This document shows positions 1 to 9,069 of a stretch of DNA of 53,216 nucleotides, piece after piece; position 1 is the stretch's first letter, and each line of letters opens with the position of its first letter. This DNA is from Candidatus Eiseniibacteriota bacterium (GTDB taxonomy: Bacteria > Eisenbacteria > RBG-16-71-46): assembly GCA_044222065.1 (NCBI GenBank), contig JBGAOA010000026.1, positions 1 through 53,216 of the forward strand. The letters are read 5' to 3'. A program made the translations under genes and the position numbers. Below the pieces are notes generated by a model. That model was not told where the DNA came from and searched no databases. It saw only the letters and a list, made by a program, of their open reading frames with translations.

Positions 1-634
1 GCGCGCCCGCCTCGCGGCGATCGCCGCGGCCGAGCCGGGCTCGGCGTTCGCGCACTACTGGACGGCGGTCGCCGACTGGCGCGCGTGCCCGCTCGGCGCG
101 GGCACGGACGCCACGAAGGCCCGCCGTCTCGCAGACGACGGCGTCGCGCACTGCGACGCGGCGCTCGCCGCCGATCCCGGCTTCGGCGAGGCGCTCGCGC
201 TCAAGGGCTCGCTCGTCGGCGTGCAGATCCAGTTCGGCGGCGGCGACGTCACTTCGCTCGGGCCGCAGGCGATCGCGAGCCTCGCGCGCGCCCGGCGCCT
301 CGCGCCCGGGAACCCGCGCGTGCTGCTGCTCGACGGCCTCAACACGCTCTACCGGCCGAAGGCGTTCGGAGGCGGCGCCGACCGCGCGCTCGCGATCCTC
401 GAGCAGGCGCGCGACGCGTTCGCGAAGGAGTCGGTCGCCGACTCGACCGCCCCGGACTGGGGCCGCGACGACGCGCACGCGTGGCTCGGACAGGCGTACG
501 CCGAACTCGGGCGCACCGACGACGCGCGCGCGGCGTACGCGCGCGCGCTCGAGATCAACCCCGACCACGGCTACGTGCGCCACGTGCTGCTGCCGCGGCT
601 CGACGCGCCGAAGCCGGACGGAGCGAAGCCGTGA
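1..634 (+). CDS. Tetratricopeptide-repeat protein (5' truncated by window edge)
   Basis: Frame of ORF 221..634 is open back to base 2 (RARLAAIAAAEPGSAFAHYWTAVADWR...). TPR-like helices DAHAWLGQAYAELGRTDDARAAYARALEINPD. Stop overlaps the next GTG (GTGA at 631-634). Confidence 0.8.
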   Translation, partial: RARLAAIAAAEPGSAFAHYWTAVADWRACPLGAGTDATKARRLADDGVAHCDAALAADPGFGEALALKGSLVGVQIQFGGGDVTSLGPQAIASLARARRLAPGNPRVLLLDGLNTLYRPKAFGGGADRALAILEQARDAFAKESVADSTAPDWGRDDAHAWLGQAYAELGRTDDARAAYARALEINPDHGYVRHVLLPRLDAPKPDGAKP

Positions 635-2847
635 ACGACCCGATGCGTCTCGCCGCGGCCGCCGTCGCCGCGCTCGCGATCGCGCTGGGCGCCGCCGACG
701 CGCTCGCCGTCGCGGTCGCGGGGCGCGTCGTGGACCGCGCGGGCCGTCCGATCGAGGTCGCGCCCGTGAGCGCGCCCGCGCTCAAGCTCGGCGCCTCCAC
801 GGACGCCGACGGACGATTCACGCTGACGCTGCCCGCGGGTCCGGTGACGCTCGAAGTCCAGCAGCTCGGTTACGAGCGCCGCCGCCTCCAGGTCACGGCG
901 CAGGACGGCGCGCCCGCGCTCGTCGTGACGCTCGCCGACGAGCCGGTCGCGCTCGCCGAGGTGAGCGTGACCGCGTCGTCGTTCGGCAAGGTCGGCAAGG
1001 GCGAGGGCGCGACGCTGCGCCGCATGCAGGTGCTCACGACCCCGGGCGGCGCCGCCGACGTGTTCCAGTCGCTGCGCGCGCTCCCCGGCATCAACGCGCC
1101 CTCGGAGGGCGCGGCGGTGTACGTGCGCGGCGGCCCGCCGGACGAGACGCTGCTGCGCCTCGACGGCGGCGAGATGGGCCACCCCTACCACTACGAAGGC
1201 GCCTCGGGCGGGCTCTTCAGCGCGCTCGACAGCTACATGCTGAAGAGCGCGTTCTTCTCGAGCGGCGCGTTCTCGGCGAAGTACGGCGGCGTGCTCTCGG
1301 GCGTGCTCGACGTCGAGACCCAGGACCCGATGAACCTGCGGACGGTGTCGCTCGGTGCGAACTTCGCGGGCGGCGGCGGCTCGACGAGCTGGGCGCTCGT
1401 TCCCGACAAACTGTCGCTCGTGACGAGCGTGCGGGCTTCGAATCCGCGGCTGCTCTACGACCTCTACGGATCGGCGCGGAGCTACGAGGTCACGCCGCGG
1501 TCCCACGACGCCGCGACGCGGCTGCTGTGGCGCCACTCGCCCGCCGGGCGGCTCGCGCTCTTCCACCTCGACTCGGGCGACCGCAGCACGTTCGAGTACG
1601 AGGCGCTCGGCTACCGGAACCGCCTCGCGCAGCGCGGAGCGACGCAGCTCGGCGCGCTGCAGTTCCAGGAAGCCGTCGGCCGCACGCTCGCGATCCGCGG
1701 GCAGCTCGGCGGGCAGTTCTGGCACCGCGCGTACGCCTACGGTCCGTTCCACGCGAACGAGGCCGAGCGCAACCTGCAGGGCAACGTGGACGCCGTGTGG
1801 GACGCCTCGCCGCGCCACCAGGTCGCCTTCGGCGCGAACCTGCGGCGGCGCGACGCCGAACGCACCGGCGCGCTCGCGGCCGACAGCACCGACCTGTCCT
1901 CCGGCGCGCCGACGCGCGACTACGCGACGCGCGCGCTCGTCGGCTACCCGGGCGTGTACGTCGAGGACAAGCTGCGCGTCGCCGGCCCCGTGTACGCGAC
2001 GCTCGGCGCGCGCTTCGACCGCGCCTCGGTGCCGGGCGTCTGGACCGCCGATCCGCGCGCATCGCTCGCGTGGCGCGTGGACGAGCGGCAGACGCTGCGG
2101 CTCGCGACCGGCCGCTACCACCAGCTCGCGCTCCCGCGCTACCTCGACCCCGTGTACGGGAACCCGCAACTCGGCCCGCTCGAGGCCGATCACGTCGTCG
2201 CGGGCTACGAATGGAAGTCCGAACACACGAACGTGCGCGTCGAAGCGTTCCGCAAGGACTACCGCGACCTCGTCACGAACGACGCCGCGACGTTCTACGC
2301 GAACGGCGGCCGCGGCTTCGCCCGCGGCGTGGACCTGTTCGTGCAGGGCGAGCGGAAGTGGCTCTCGGGCTGGCTCTCGTACGGCTACCTCGACACGAAG
2401 CGCCGCGAGTTCTCGAATCCGCGCGAACTGCCCGCGTCCTACGGCGTGCGTCACACGCTGTCGCTCGTCGCGACCTACCAGCTCACTCCGTCGCTCCATC
2501 TCGGCGGCCGCCTCGGCGCCTCGTCCGGCCGCCCGTACACGCCGGTCGCGAGCGCCGCGTACGACTCGGCCGCGGGGCTGTGGCGGCCGTCGCTCGCCGA
2601 GGACAACTCGGGACGCCTGCCGGACTACGAACGGCTCGACCTGCGAGTCATGCAGCTGTTCTCGCTGCCGAAGGCGCTCGGACTGCCCGAGAGCAGCATC
2701 TGCGTCGCGTACGCCGAGGCGCTCAACGTGCTCGACAGGCGCAACGTGCTCGACTACACCTACTCGCCCGACTACTCGCGGCGCTTCGCCCAGGAGTCCT
2801 ACTTCGGGCGGCGGATGGTCGTGTGCGGATTCGCGCTCACGTGGTAA
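631..2847 (+). CDS. TonB-dependent receptor with N-terminal carboxypeptidase-regulatory-like domain
   Basis: Signal peptide (RLAAAAVAALAIALGAADALA), VAGRVVD...TDADGRFTL domain, plug motif DVFQSLRALPGI...YVRGG, barrel strands, C-terminal W. Start GTG 631 (alternative ATG 643). Confidence 0.9.
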   Translation: MNDPMRLAAAAVAALAIALGAADALAVAVAGRVVDRAGRPIEVAPVSAPALKLGASTDADGRFTLTLPAGPVTLEVQQLGYERRRLQVTAQDGAPALVVTLADEPVALAEVSVTASSFGKVGKGEGATLRRMQVLTTPGGAADVFQSLRALPGINAPSEGAAVYVRGGPPDETLLRLDGGEMGHPYHYEGASGGLFSALDSYMLKSAFFSSGAFSAKYGGVLSGVLDVETQDPMNLRTVSLGANFAGGGGSTSWALVPDKLSLVTSVRASNPRLLYDLYGSARSYEVTPRSHDAATRLLWRHSPAGRLALFHLDSGDRSTFEYEALGYRNRLAQRGATQLGALQFQEAVGRTLAIRGQLGGQFWHRAYAYGPFHANEAERNLQGNVDAVWDASPRHQVAFGANLRRRDAERTGALAADSTDLSSGAPTRDYATRALVGYPGVYVEDKLRVAGPVYATLGARFDRASVPGVWTADPRASLAWRVDERQTLRLATGRYHQLALPRYLDPVYGNPQLGPLEADHVVAGYEWKSEHTNVRVEAFRKDYRDLVTNDAATFYANGGRGFARGVDLFVQGERKWLSGWLSYGYLDTKRREFSNPRELPASYGVRHTLSLVATYQLTPSLHLGGRLGASSGRPYTPVASAAYDSAAGLWRPSLAEDNSGRLPDYERLDLRVMQLFSLPKALGLPESSICVAYAEALNVLDRRNVLDYTYSPDYSRRFAQESYFGRRMVVCGFALTW

Positions 2848-2857
2848 GAGTGCGCGC

Positions 2858-3628
2858 ATGAACGCCGCCCCGCTGCGCGTGCTCATCGTGGACGACGAAC
2901 CGCTCGCACGGGCGCGCGCGCGCCGGCTCGTCGAGGAGGCGGGGGGCGCCGTCGTCGTCGGCGAGGCGGGCTCGGCCGGCGAGGCCCGCGCGCGCATCGC
3001 GGCCGAGCGCCCGGACGTGCTGCTGCTCGACATCCAGATGCCCGGCGAGGACGGATTCGCGCTGCTCGCGAGCCTCGAGCCGCGGCCCGCGGTCGTGTTC
3101 GTGACCGCGTTCGACCACTACGCCGTGCGCGCGTTCGAAGAGAACGCCGTGGATTACCTGCTGAAGCCGTTCCGGATCGAACGGCTCCGCGAGGCGTTCG
3201 AGCGCGCGCGCCGCGACCTCGCCCGTCCGGCCGACCTGTCGGAGCGGCTCGAGGCGCTGCTCGGATCGCTGCGCGGCCCGGACGCCTCGCCGCACCTCTC
3301 GCGCTTCACGGTGCGGATCGGGAACCGGCAGCTGATCCTCAAGTCCGAAGAGGTGTTCTGGTTCGGCGCCGAGGACAAGCTCGTGTTCGCGGCGACCGAC
3401 GGGGACCGGCACTACGTCAACTTCACGCTCGACCAGCTCGAGCGCCGGCTCGACCCGAGGACGTTCGCGCGCGTGCATCGCGCCGCGATCGTGAACCTGG
3501 ACCACGCCGTCGCGCTGCGCCCGGCGTTCGCCGGCACGTGGCGGCTCCAGCTCGACGACGCCGCGCGCACCGAGGTGCCGGTGAGCCGCGCGCGGGCGCG
3601 CACGCTGCGCGAGCGGCTCGGCGCCTGA
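2858..3628 (+). CDS. LytTR-family DNA-binding response regulator
   Basis: Receiver motifs VLIVDDEPLAR, LLDIQMP, FVTAFD, DYLLKP; LytTR motif FARVHRAAIVNL...VPVSR. Confidence 0.93.
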   Translation: MNAAPLRVLIVDDEPLARARARRLVEEAGGAVVVGEAGSAGEARARIAAERPDVLLLDIQMPGEDGFALLASLEPRPAVVFVTAFDHYAVRAFEENAVDYLLKPFRIERLREAFERARRDLARPADLSERLEALLGSLRGPDASPHLSRFTVRIGNRQLILKSEEVFWFGAEDKLVFAATDGDRHYVNFTLDQLERRLDPRTFARVHRAAIVNLDHAVALRPAFAGTWRLQLDDAARTEVPVSRARARTLRERLGA

Positions 3629-3643
3629 ACGCGCCGCGGCGCG

Positions 3644-5437
3644 TCAGCCGCGGTGGAACAGCGTCAGCAGCCCCGTCGTGAGCCAGGGCAGGTACGTGAT
3701 CAGCAGCACGCCGAGCCCGAGGATGCCGAGGATCGGGAGCGACGCGCGCGTCACTTCGAGCACCGGACGCTTGAACCGGTAGGACGACAGGAACAGGTTC
3801 AGGCCCACGGGCGGGGTCAGGTACCCGAGTTCGAGGTTCGCGACGAAGATGATCCCGAGGTGCACGGGATGGATGCCGAAGAACTGCGCGATCGGCACGA
3901 TCAGCGGCACCACGACGACGGTCGCCGAGAAAATGTCCATGAGCGCGCCGACGACGAGCAGGAACAGGTTCAAGCCCAGCAGGAACATGCCTGGCGAATG
4001 CACGTGCGTCTTCGTCCACTCGACGAGCCGCGCCGGCACCTCGGCGTCCACCATGTAGCTCGAGAGCCCCATCGCCGCGCCGAGGATCACGAGCACGCCG
4101 CCGACGAGCACGACGCTCTCGTTGAGCACGCGCGGCAGGTCGCGCCGCACCGACAGGTCGCGCAGCACGAAGCTCTGCGTGACGAACGCGTAGAGCGCCG
4201 TGAGCGCCGCGGCCTCCACGAGCGTCGCGAAGCCGCCGAAGATCGCGACCATCACGATCACGGGCATCGCGAGCTCCCACTTCGCGCCCCACGCCGCCGC
4301 GAGCAGCTCGCGCGGATCGAACGGCGGGCGCTCGACCTTGCGCGCGAGCCCCTCGCGCACGCCCCACGCCACGACGAGCGCGAGCAGCAGGAAACCCGGC
4401 AGCACGCCGCCGATGAACAGGCTCTCGATCGAGATCTGCGCGACGATCCCGTACAGGATGATCGGCAGCGCCGGCGGGAACAGCAGCCCGAGCGAGCCGC
4501 AGCCCGTGAGCAGCCCGAGCGAGAACTGCTCCCGGTAGCGTTCCTCGGTGAGCGCTTTGTAGAGCAGCGCGCCGAGCGCGAGGATCGTGACGCCCGAGCC
4601 GCCCGTGAACGCGGTGAAGAACGCGCACACGACCGCGACGACGATCGCCGTGCCGCCCGGCATCCAGCCGAGCAGCGCGCGGAACACGCGCAGGAGCCGG
4701 CTGCTCGCGCGCCCTTCGGCGAGCAGGAAGCCCGTGACCGTGAACAGCGGAATCGCGGCGAGCGTCGGCGAGACCGCGAGGCGGTACGTCTCGGCCGGCA
4801 CGGCGGCGATCGGCACACCGTCGTGCAGGAAGAACACGAGCGCGATGCCGCCGAGCAGCGCGAACAGCGGCCCGCCGAGCAGCGAGGCAGCGATGACGAC
4901 GCCCGCGCCGATCCACGGCGACACCGTCGCGAGCGACTCGGGCGCGCGCGCGATCGCGAGCCCCGCGGCGACGCCGAGCGCCGCCATGACGCGGCCCCAC
5001 ACGGATGCGTCCGCGCGCCAGGCGAGCCGCAGCGCGATGAGCGCGAAGGCGACGGGCAGCACGATCTGACCGACCCAGACGCGCACGCCGAGCGCGATCA
5101 CGCCGCCCGTCTCGCGCTCGATCATCGTCATGTCCCACGAGGCGCGCGCGAGCAGCGTCGCGACGGCGACCGCGACGAGGCTCGACAGCACCGAGGCGAT
5201 GCGGCGCGGCGCGCCCTCGGGCAGGAACGTCCCGGTCGCGAGCGCGAGCAGGCGGCCGTCGCTCGCGGCGAGCGCCGCGCCGAGGAATCCGACCCACAGC
5301 GTAAGGTGCTGGACGAAGGGCCCCGAACCCGGGATGCCGATGTGGAACACCGCGCGCCAGGCGATCTCGGCGATCGGCAGGATCACCATGAGCGCGAGCG
5401 CGGCGTTCGTCAGCCCGCGCTCGATGCGGCCGAACAC
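3644..5437 (-). CDS. dctM: TRAP transporter fused small/large permease (DctQM)
   Basis: 597-aa polytopic membrane protein with N-terminal DctQ-like LTLWVGFLGAALA and DctM motifs LAAIPLF, GSLGLLFPP, LTPPVGLNLF. Confidence 0.92.
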   Translation of the reverse strand: MFGRIERGLTNAALALMVILPIAEIAWRAVFHIGIPGSGPFVQHLTLWVGFLGAALAASDGRLLALATGTFLPEGAPRRIASVLSSLVAVAVATLLARASWDMTMIERETGGVIALGVRVWVGQIVLPVAFALIALRLAWRADASVWGRVMAALGVAAGLAIARAPESLATVSPWIGAGVVIAASLLGGPLFALLGGIALVFFLHDGVPIAAVPAETYRLAVSPTLAAIPLFTVTGFLLAEGRASSRLLRVFRALLGWMPGGTAIVVAVVCAFFTAFTGGSGVTILALGALLYKALTEERYREQFSLGLLTGCGSLGLLFPPALPIILYGIVAQISIESLFIGGVLPGFLLLALVVAWGVREGLARKVERPPFDPRELLAAAWGAKWELAMPVIVMVAIFGGFATLVEAAALTALYAFVTQSFVLRDLSVRRDLPRVLNESVVLVGGVLVILGAAMGLSSYMVDAEVPARLVEWTKTHVHSPGMFLLGLNLFLLVVGALMDIFSATVVVVPLIVPIAQFFGIHPVHLGIIFVANLELGYLTPPVGLNLFLSSYRFKRPVLEVTRASLPILGILGLGVLLITYLPWLTTGLLTLFHRG

Positions 5438-5442
5438 CGTGC

Positions 5443-6489
5443 TCAGCGTGCGCCTCCGTGCGACTTGCGGTAGTCGTCGCGGGCCTTACGCGCCGCGGCG
5501 AGGACCTCGGGCGGGACGCGCGAACCCGGGATGCCGGCGGCGAACTGCTCGGCGGCCGCGCGGAACTGCGCGGTGTTCGCGGGGCTCACCTTCACGACCT
5601 TGAGCCCGCGCTTCTCCATCTCGCGCACGGCGGTCGTGTCCTGGCGCGGCACCTCGACCTGCAGGCGGTGTTCCATGCGCTGGCCCGCGGCGAGCAGCTT
5701 CGCGCGGTCGGCGTCCGAGATCTTCGCCCACGCCGACTTGCTCACGACGAGCCCCCCGACGAGCGGCGCCATGCCGAGGCCGACCATGTTCGGCGTCATC
5801 TTGTACCACTGCAGCGACAGCCCGAGCAGCGGCGTCGTCGGGTACGCGTCGATCATGCCGGTCTGGAGCCCGGTCATGATGTCGGTCGCGGCGAGCGCGA
5901 CGGGCTGGAAGCCGAGCGACTTCCACTGCTGCACCATCTGGTCGTCGCCCGCCCACACGAACAGCTTCGCTTTCTTGAGGCCGTCCACGGATTCGGCCGG
6001 GTTCTTCGTGAAGAAGTACACCCACCCGCCGTGCCCCCAGTTGAGCAGCACGAAGCCCTTCGCCTCGAGGCGTTGCTTGAGCGCCGGCTCGAGCGCCTGG
6101 AGCGTCGCGTACAGCTCGGGGTACGAGTCGAAGAACATCGGGATGTTGAACAGGTGGAACGCGGGATCGATCGAGGCGAGTCCGGCGGTCGTCACGGCGG
6201 CGGCCTGCAGCTGGCCGATGCGGATCTTGCGCACGACGTCCGGCTCGTCCCCCGCCACACCGCCCGGGTAGACGCGCAGCGTCACGCGGTTCTGCGTGCT
6301 CGTCGCCCACTCGGCGCCCATCTCGCGCAGCGCCTTGTCCCACACCGAGCCGTCGGGCACGAGCGTCGCGAGCTTCACGACCTGCGGCGCCTGCGCCGCG
6401 GCCGGCGGAGCGGCCGCCTGCGGCAGGACGAGCGCCGCGACGGCGAGCAGCGCGGACGGGACGAAGCGGAAGGACGATCCTGGGTTCAT
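5443..6489 (-). CDS. dctP: TRAP substrate-binding protein DctP (TatP-type)
   Basis: ATG 6489 with upstream GAGG; signal peptide; KLATLVPDGSVW, YPGGVAGDE...KIRIGQLQAA, TGLQTGMID. The longer ORF-track extension is spurious. Confidence 0.9.
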   Translation of the reverse strand: MNPGSSFRFVPSALLAVAALVLPQAAAPPAAAQAPQVVKLATLVPDGSVWDKALREMGAEWATSTQNRVTLRVYPGGVAGDEPDVVRKIRIGQLQAAAVTTAGLASIDPAFHLFNIPMFFDSYPELYATLQALEPALKQRLEAKGFVLLNWGHGGWVYFFTKNPAESVDGLKKAKLFVWAGDDQMVQQWKSLGFQPVALAATDIMTGLQTGMIDAYPTTPLLGLSLQWYKMTPNMVGLGMAPLVGGLVVSKSAWAKISDADRAKLLAAGQRMEHRLQVEVPRQDTTAVREMEKRGLKVVKVSPANTAQFRAAAEQFAAGIPGSRVPPEVLAAARKARDDYRKSHGGAR

Positions 6490-7484
6490 CGGGGTTCCTC
6501 GGAAGAAGTGGTGTCGGGAGCGGAAGCGTCGTCGAGGAAGAACTCGTCCTCGCGATCCAGCAGCGCGCGCGCCTTGCGCTGCAAGACGACGGTCGCGAGG
6601 CGCTGCGCCGGCGCGGCGTCGGGATCGAACGTCAGCGCCTTCTCGAGCAGCGTGCGGAACTCGCCGCGATCCTGCCGTAGCACGGCCTCGGTCGTCGCGA
6701 GCGTGACGTAGGGCCCCGGGCGGCCGTCGCGCGACAGCTCGACCGCGCGGTCGAAGTGGCGCTTCGCGCGCTCGAGCGATCCGCCCATCGCCGCGGGCAG
6801 CGCGTCGAGCACGATCAGCGCCTCGTGGAACGCGCCGCCCTCGTAGCCCTCGTCGAGCGCGAGCCCGCGTTCCATGAGTGCGCGGATCGCCGGAAGGTCC
6901 GCGAGCATCTCGGGCCGGTCCTTGCCGAGCGCGATCGCCGAGCCCCACGAGGCGGCCGTCCAGTAGAGCATCGCGACGTCGCGCTTCTGAATGCGCGCCG
7001 ACGCGGCCGCGGGATCGGTCCTCAGCGCCGCGCCGATGCCCTTGTAGCGCGTCTCGAGCCCGCGCAGGCCGAAGTCGCGCGCCCGAAGGAACATGCGGAA
7101 CGCGCGCGCGTGCAGGTCCTGCGAGCGCGCGTAGTCGCTGTTCACCAGCAGGTCGCCTTCCGACTGGATGAACGCATAGGCGTACTGCGTGTAGCCCTTG
7201 CAGGCGGTGAGCAGCAGTCCTTCGTGGTCGGGGATCACCGCGAGCAGCGACTCCATCGTCTTGAGCCCGAACGGCAGCGCGTCGCGGATCAACTCGGGAT
7301 CGTCGTCCGTGCCGTAGACGTCCGGACCGCGCGTCAGCGAGTTGGCGACGCTCTTCACCGCCATGCGCTGGAGCGAGCAGGCGGCGAGCGGCAGCCCGAG
7401 CGCCGCGACGGCGAAGAGCACGAGGCCGGAGCGGGTGGCGGAACGGAGCGGCGCGGGGGTCAGAGGCAGGATTCGAGGGCTCAA
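6486..7484 (-). CDS. tatT: TRAP transporter TatT component (TPR-like lipoprotein)
   Basis: Lipobox LAAC; DDDPELIRDALPFGLKTMESLL, YTQYAYAF, LYWTAASWG, GGSLERAKRHFDRA match the TAtT family as I recall it; coupled to dctP. Start (TTG 7484) uncertain. Confidence 0.85.
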   Translation of the reverse strand: MSPRILPLTPAPLRSATRSGLVLFAVAALGLPLAACSLQRMAVKSVANSLTRGPDVYGTDDDPELIRDALPFGLKTMESLLAVIPDHEGLLLTACKGYTQYAYAFIQSEGDLLVNSDYARSQDLHARAFRMFLRARDFGLRGLETRYKGIGAALRTDPAAASARIQKRDVAMLYWTAASWGSAIALGKDRPEMLADLPAIRALMERGLALDEGYEGGAFHEALIVLDALPAAMGGSLERAKRHFDRAVELSRDGRPGPYVTLATTEAVLRQDRGEFRTLLEKALTFDPDAAPAQRLATVVLQRKARALLDREDEFFLDDASAPDTTSSEEPR

Positions 7485-7548
7485 GCGGATTCCATCCGTG
7501 GGACTTGCGCGCCGCAAACGTCCGCACGGCGCGATGGGAGCGGGCGCG

Positions 7549-7577
7549 ACGCTAACGTGCGACGCACGGGCGTGCAA
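7549..7577 (-). promoter_or_regulatory. Putative sigma70 promoter of the TPAT operon
   Basis: Minus strand TTGCAC-N17-TAGCGT in the divergent intergenic region. Confidence 0.45.
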
Positions 7578-7709
7578 GGCTGCGGCCGCCGCGGGCGATC
7601 GGCCTTGACCCGGCCCGGCCGCCGGGATACAAGCCTCGGGCCTTCGCTCGCCCGATCGCACCCGCACGCGCGGCGTCGCCGTCGCGCCTTAGTCCCTGAG
7701 GACCGCCGC

Positions 7710-9014
7710 ATGGCCACGCCCCCGGTTCACTCCGCCCGGTTCTTGTCGCGCCGCACGCAGAACTGGCTCGCGCTCGGCTTCACGTACGCCGCGATGTACA
7801 TGGCGCGCTACAACTTTCCGCTCGCGAACAAGGCGCTGTCCGACGCGTACGGGTTCTCGAAGACGCAGGTCGGCACGATCATCACGATCTCGACGCTGAT
7901 CTACGGCATCTCGGCGATGTTCAACGGCCCGATCGCGGACCGGCTCGGCGGCCGCAAGGCGATGCTCATCGGCGCGGGCGGCGCGTTCGTCTTCAACCTC
8001 GTCTTCGGGCTCGGCGCCTACCTGGGCGCGTTCGGCGGCACGGCCGTGCTGCTCGCGTTCTTCTCGACGGTGTGGTCGCTGAACATGTACTTCCAGAGCT
8101 ACAGCGCGCTCGCGCTCATCAAGGTGAACTCGGGCTGGTTCCACGTCACCGAGCGCGGCGTGTTCTCCGCGATCTTCGGCTCGATGATCCAGAGCGGACG
8201 GTTCCTCGTCTTCCTGCTGCTCGGCGCACCCCTCGTCGCGCTGCTGCCCTGGCAGTGGAAGTTCTTCCTGCCCGCGGTCGTCGTGCTCGGCATGTGGATC
8301 GTGACGTTCCGGGTCGTGCAGGACACCCCGCAGCACGCGGGTCTCGACGACTTCGACCCCGAGGACGCGACGAGCGGCGACACCGAGGCGATCACGTTCG
8401 GCTACGTCGCGCGCAAGGTGTTCACGAATCCCGTCGCGCTCACGATCGCGGTCGCGGAGTTCTGCACCGGACTCGTGCGCAAGGGCTTCGAAGAGTGGTT
8501 CCCGCGCTACATGCAGGAGGTCCAGCACCTCGACCTGTCGAACCCCGTGTTCCAGCGCAACGCGCTGATCATCGTCGGCGCCGGCATCGCGGGGGCGTTC
8601 GTCGCGGGCTACGCGTCGGACAAGCTGTTCGCCCACCGTCGTCCGCCGGTCGCGTTCTTCGGCTACGTGCTCCAGGTCGCGTGCCTGTTCGTCGTGTGGA
8701 AGGCGCCGAGCATGGGCGCCGTGATCGCGGCGTTCGTCGTGAACTCGCTCGCGATCTCGATGGTGCACTCGATGCTCTCGGGCACGGCCTCGATGGACTT
8801 CGGCGGCAAGCGCGCCGCCGCGACCGCCGCCGGCCTGTTCGACGGCATGCAGTACGTCGGCGGCTCGGTGATGGGCGCCGGCATGGGCGCGATCCTCGAC
8901 CGCTTCGGCTGGGGCGCGTGGGGCCCGAGCATGATCGGCTTCGCCGCGATCGGCGCGGTGCTCATGCTCGTGATCTGGAACGCGCGCCCGCGCCGCGGGG
9001 GTGCTGCGCACTGA
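7710..9014 (+). CDS. MFS transporter, OPA (GlpT/UhpT-like) family
   Basis: ATG 7710; YAAMYMARYNF, NGPIADRLGGRK (motif A), SGWFHVTERG, GYASDKLF, AATAAGLFDG; about 12 TM segments. Confidence 0.88.
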   Translation: MATPPVHSARFLSRRTQNWLALGFTYAAMYMARYNFPLANKALSDAYGFSKTQVGTIITISTLIYGISAMFNGPIADRLGGRKAMLIGAGGAFVFNLVFGLGAYLGAFGGTAVLLAFFSTVWSLNMYFQSYSALALIKVNSGWFHVTERGVFSAIFGSMIQSGRFLVFLLLGAPLVALLPWQWKFFLPAVVVLGMWIVTFRVVQDTPQHAGLDDFDPEDATSGDTEAITFGYVARKVFTNPVALTIAVAEFCTGLVRKGFEEWFPRYMQEVQHLDLSNPVFQRNALIIVGAGIAGAFVAGYASDKLFAHRRPPVAFFGYVLQVACLFVVWKAPSMGAVIAAFVVNSLAISMVHSMLSGTASMDFGGKRAAATAAGLFDGMQYVGGSVMGAGMGAILDRFGWGAWGPSMIGFAAIGAVLMLVIWNARPRRGGAAH

Positions 9015-9069
9015 CGCGCCGCGGGGCGCCGAGCGTGCCTCGCTCCGCGCCCCGCCGTGGCGATTTCGC

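Noticed and set aside
3629..3644. Perfect 16-bp palindrome ACGCGCCGCGGCGCGT between convergent genes
   Set aside because: It could be a terminator hairpin, but it has no U-tract and is almost all G/C, so support is too weak.
5443..7527. Apparent 694-aa DctP and similar long N-terminal extensions (MFS, FdhD, MocA, IscS, RarA, TerC)
   Set aside because: The extensions are off-frame readings of neighbouring genes; real starts lie at RBS or stop-overlap positions. They are not fusions.
7563..7576. Second LexA-like site CGCAC-GGGC-GTGCA at the TPAT promoter
   Set aside because: One mismatch, no CTG/CAG flanks, likely by chance at this GC content, and no link to DNA repair.
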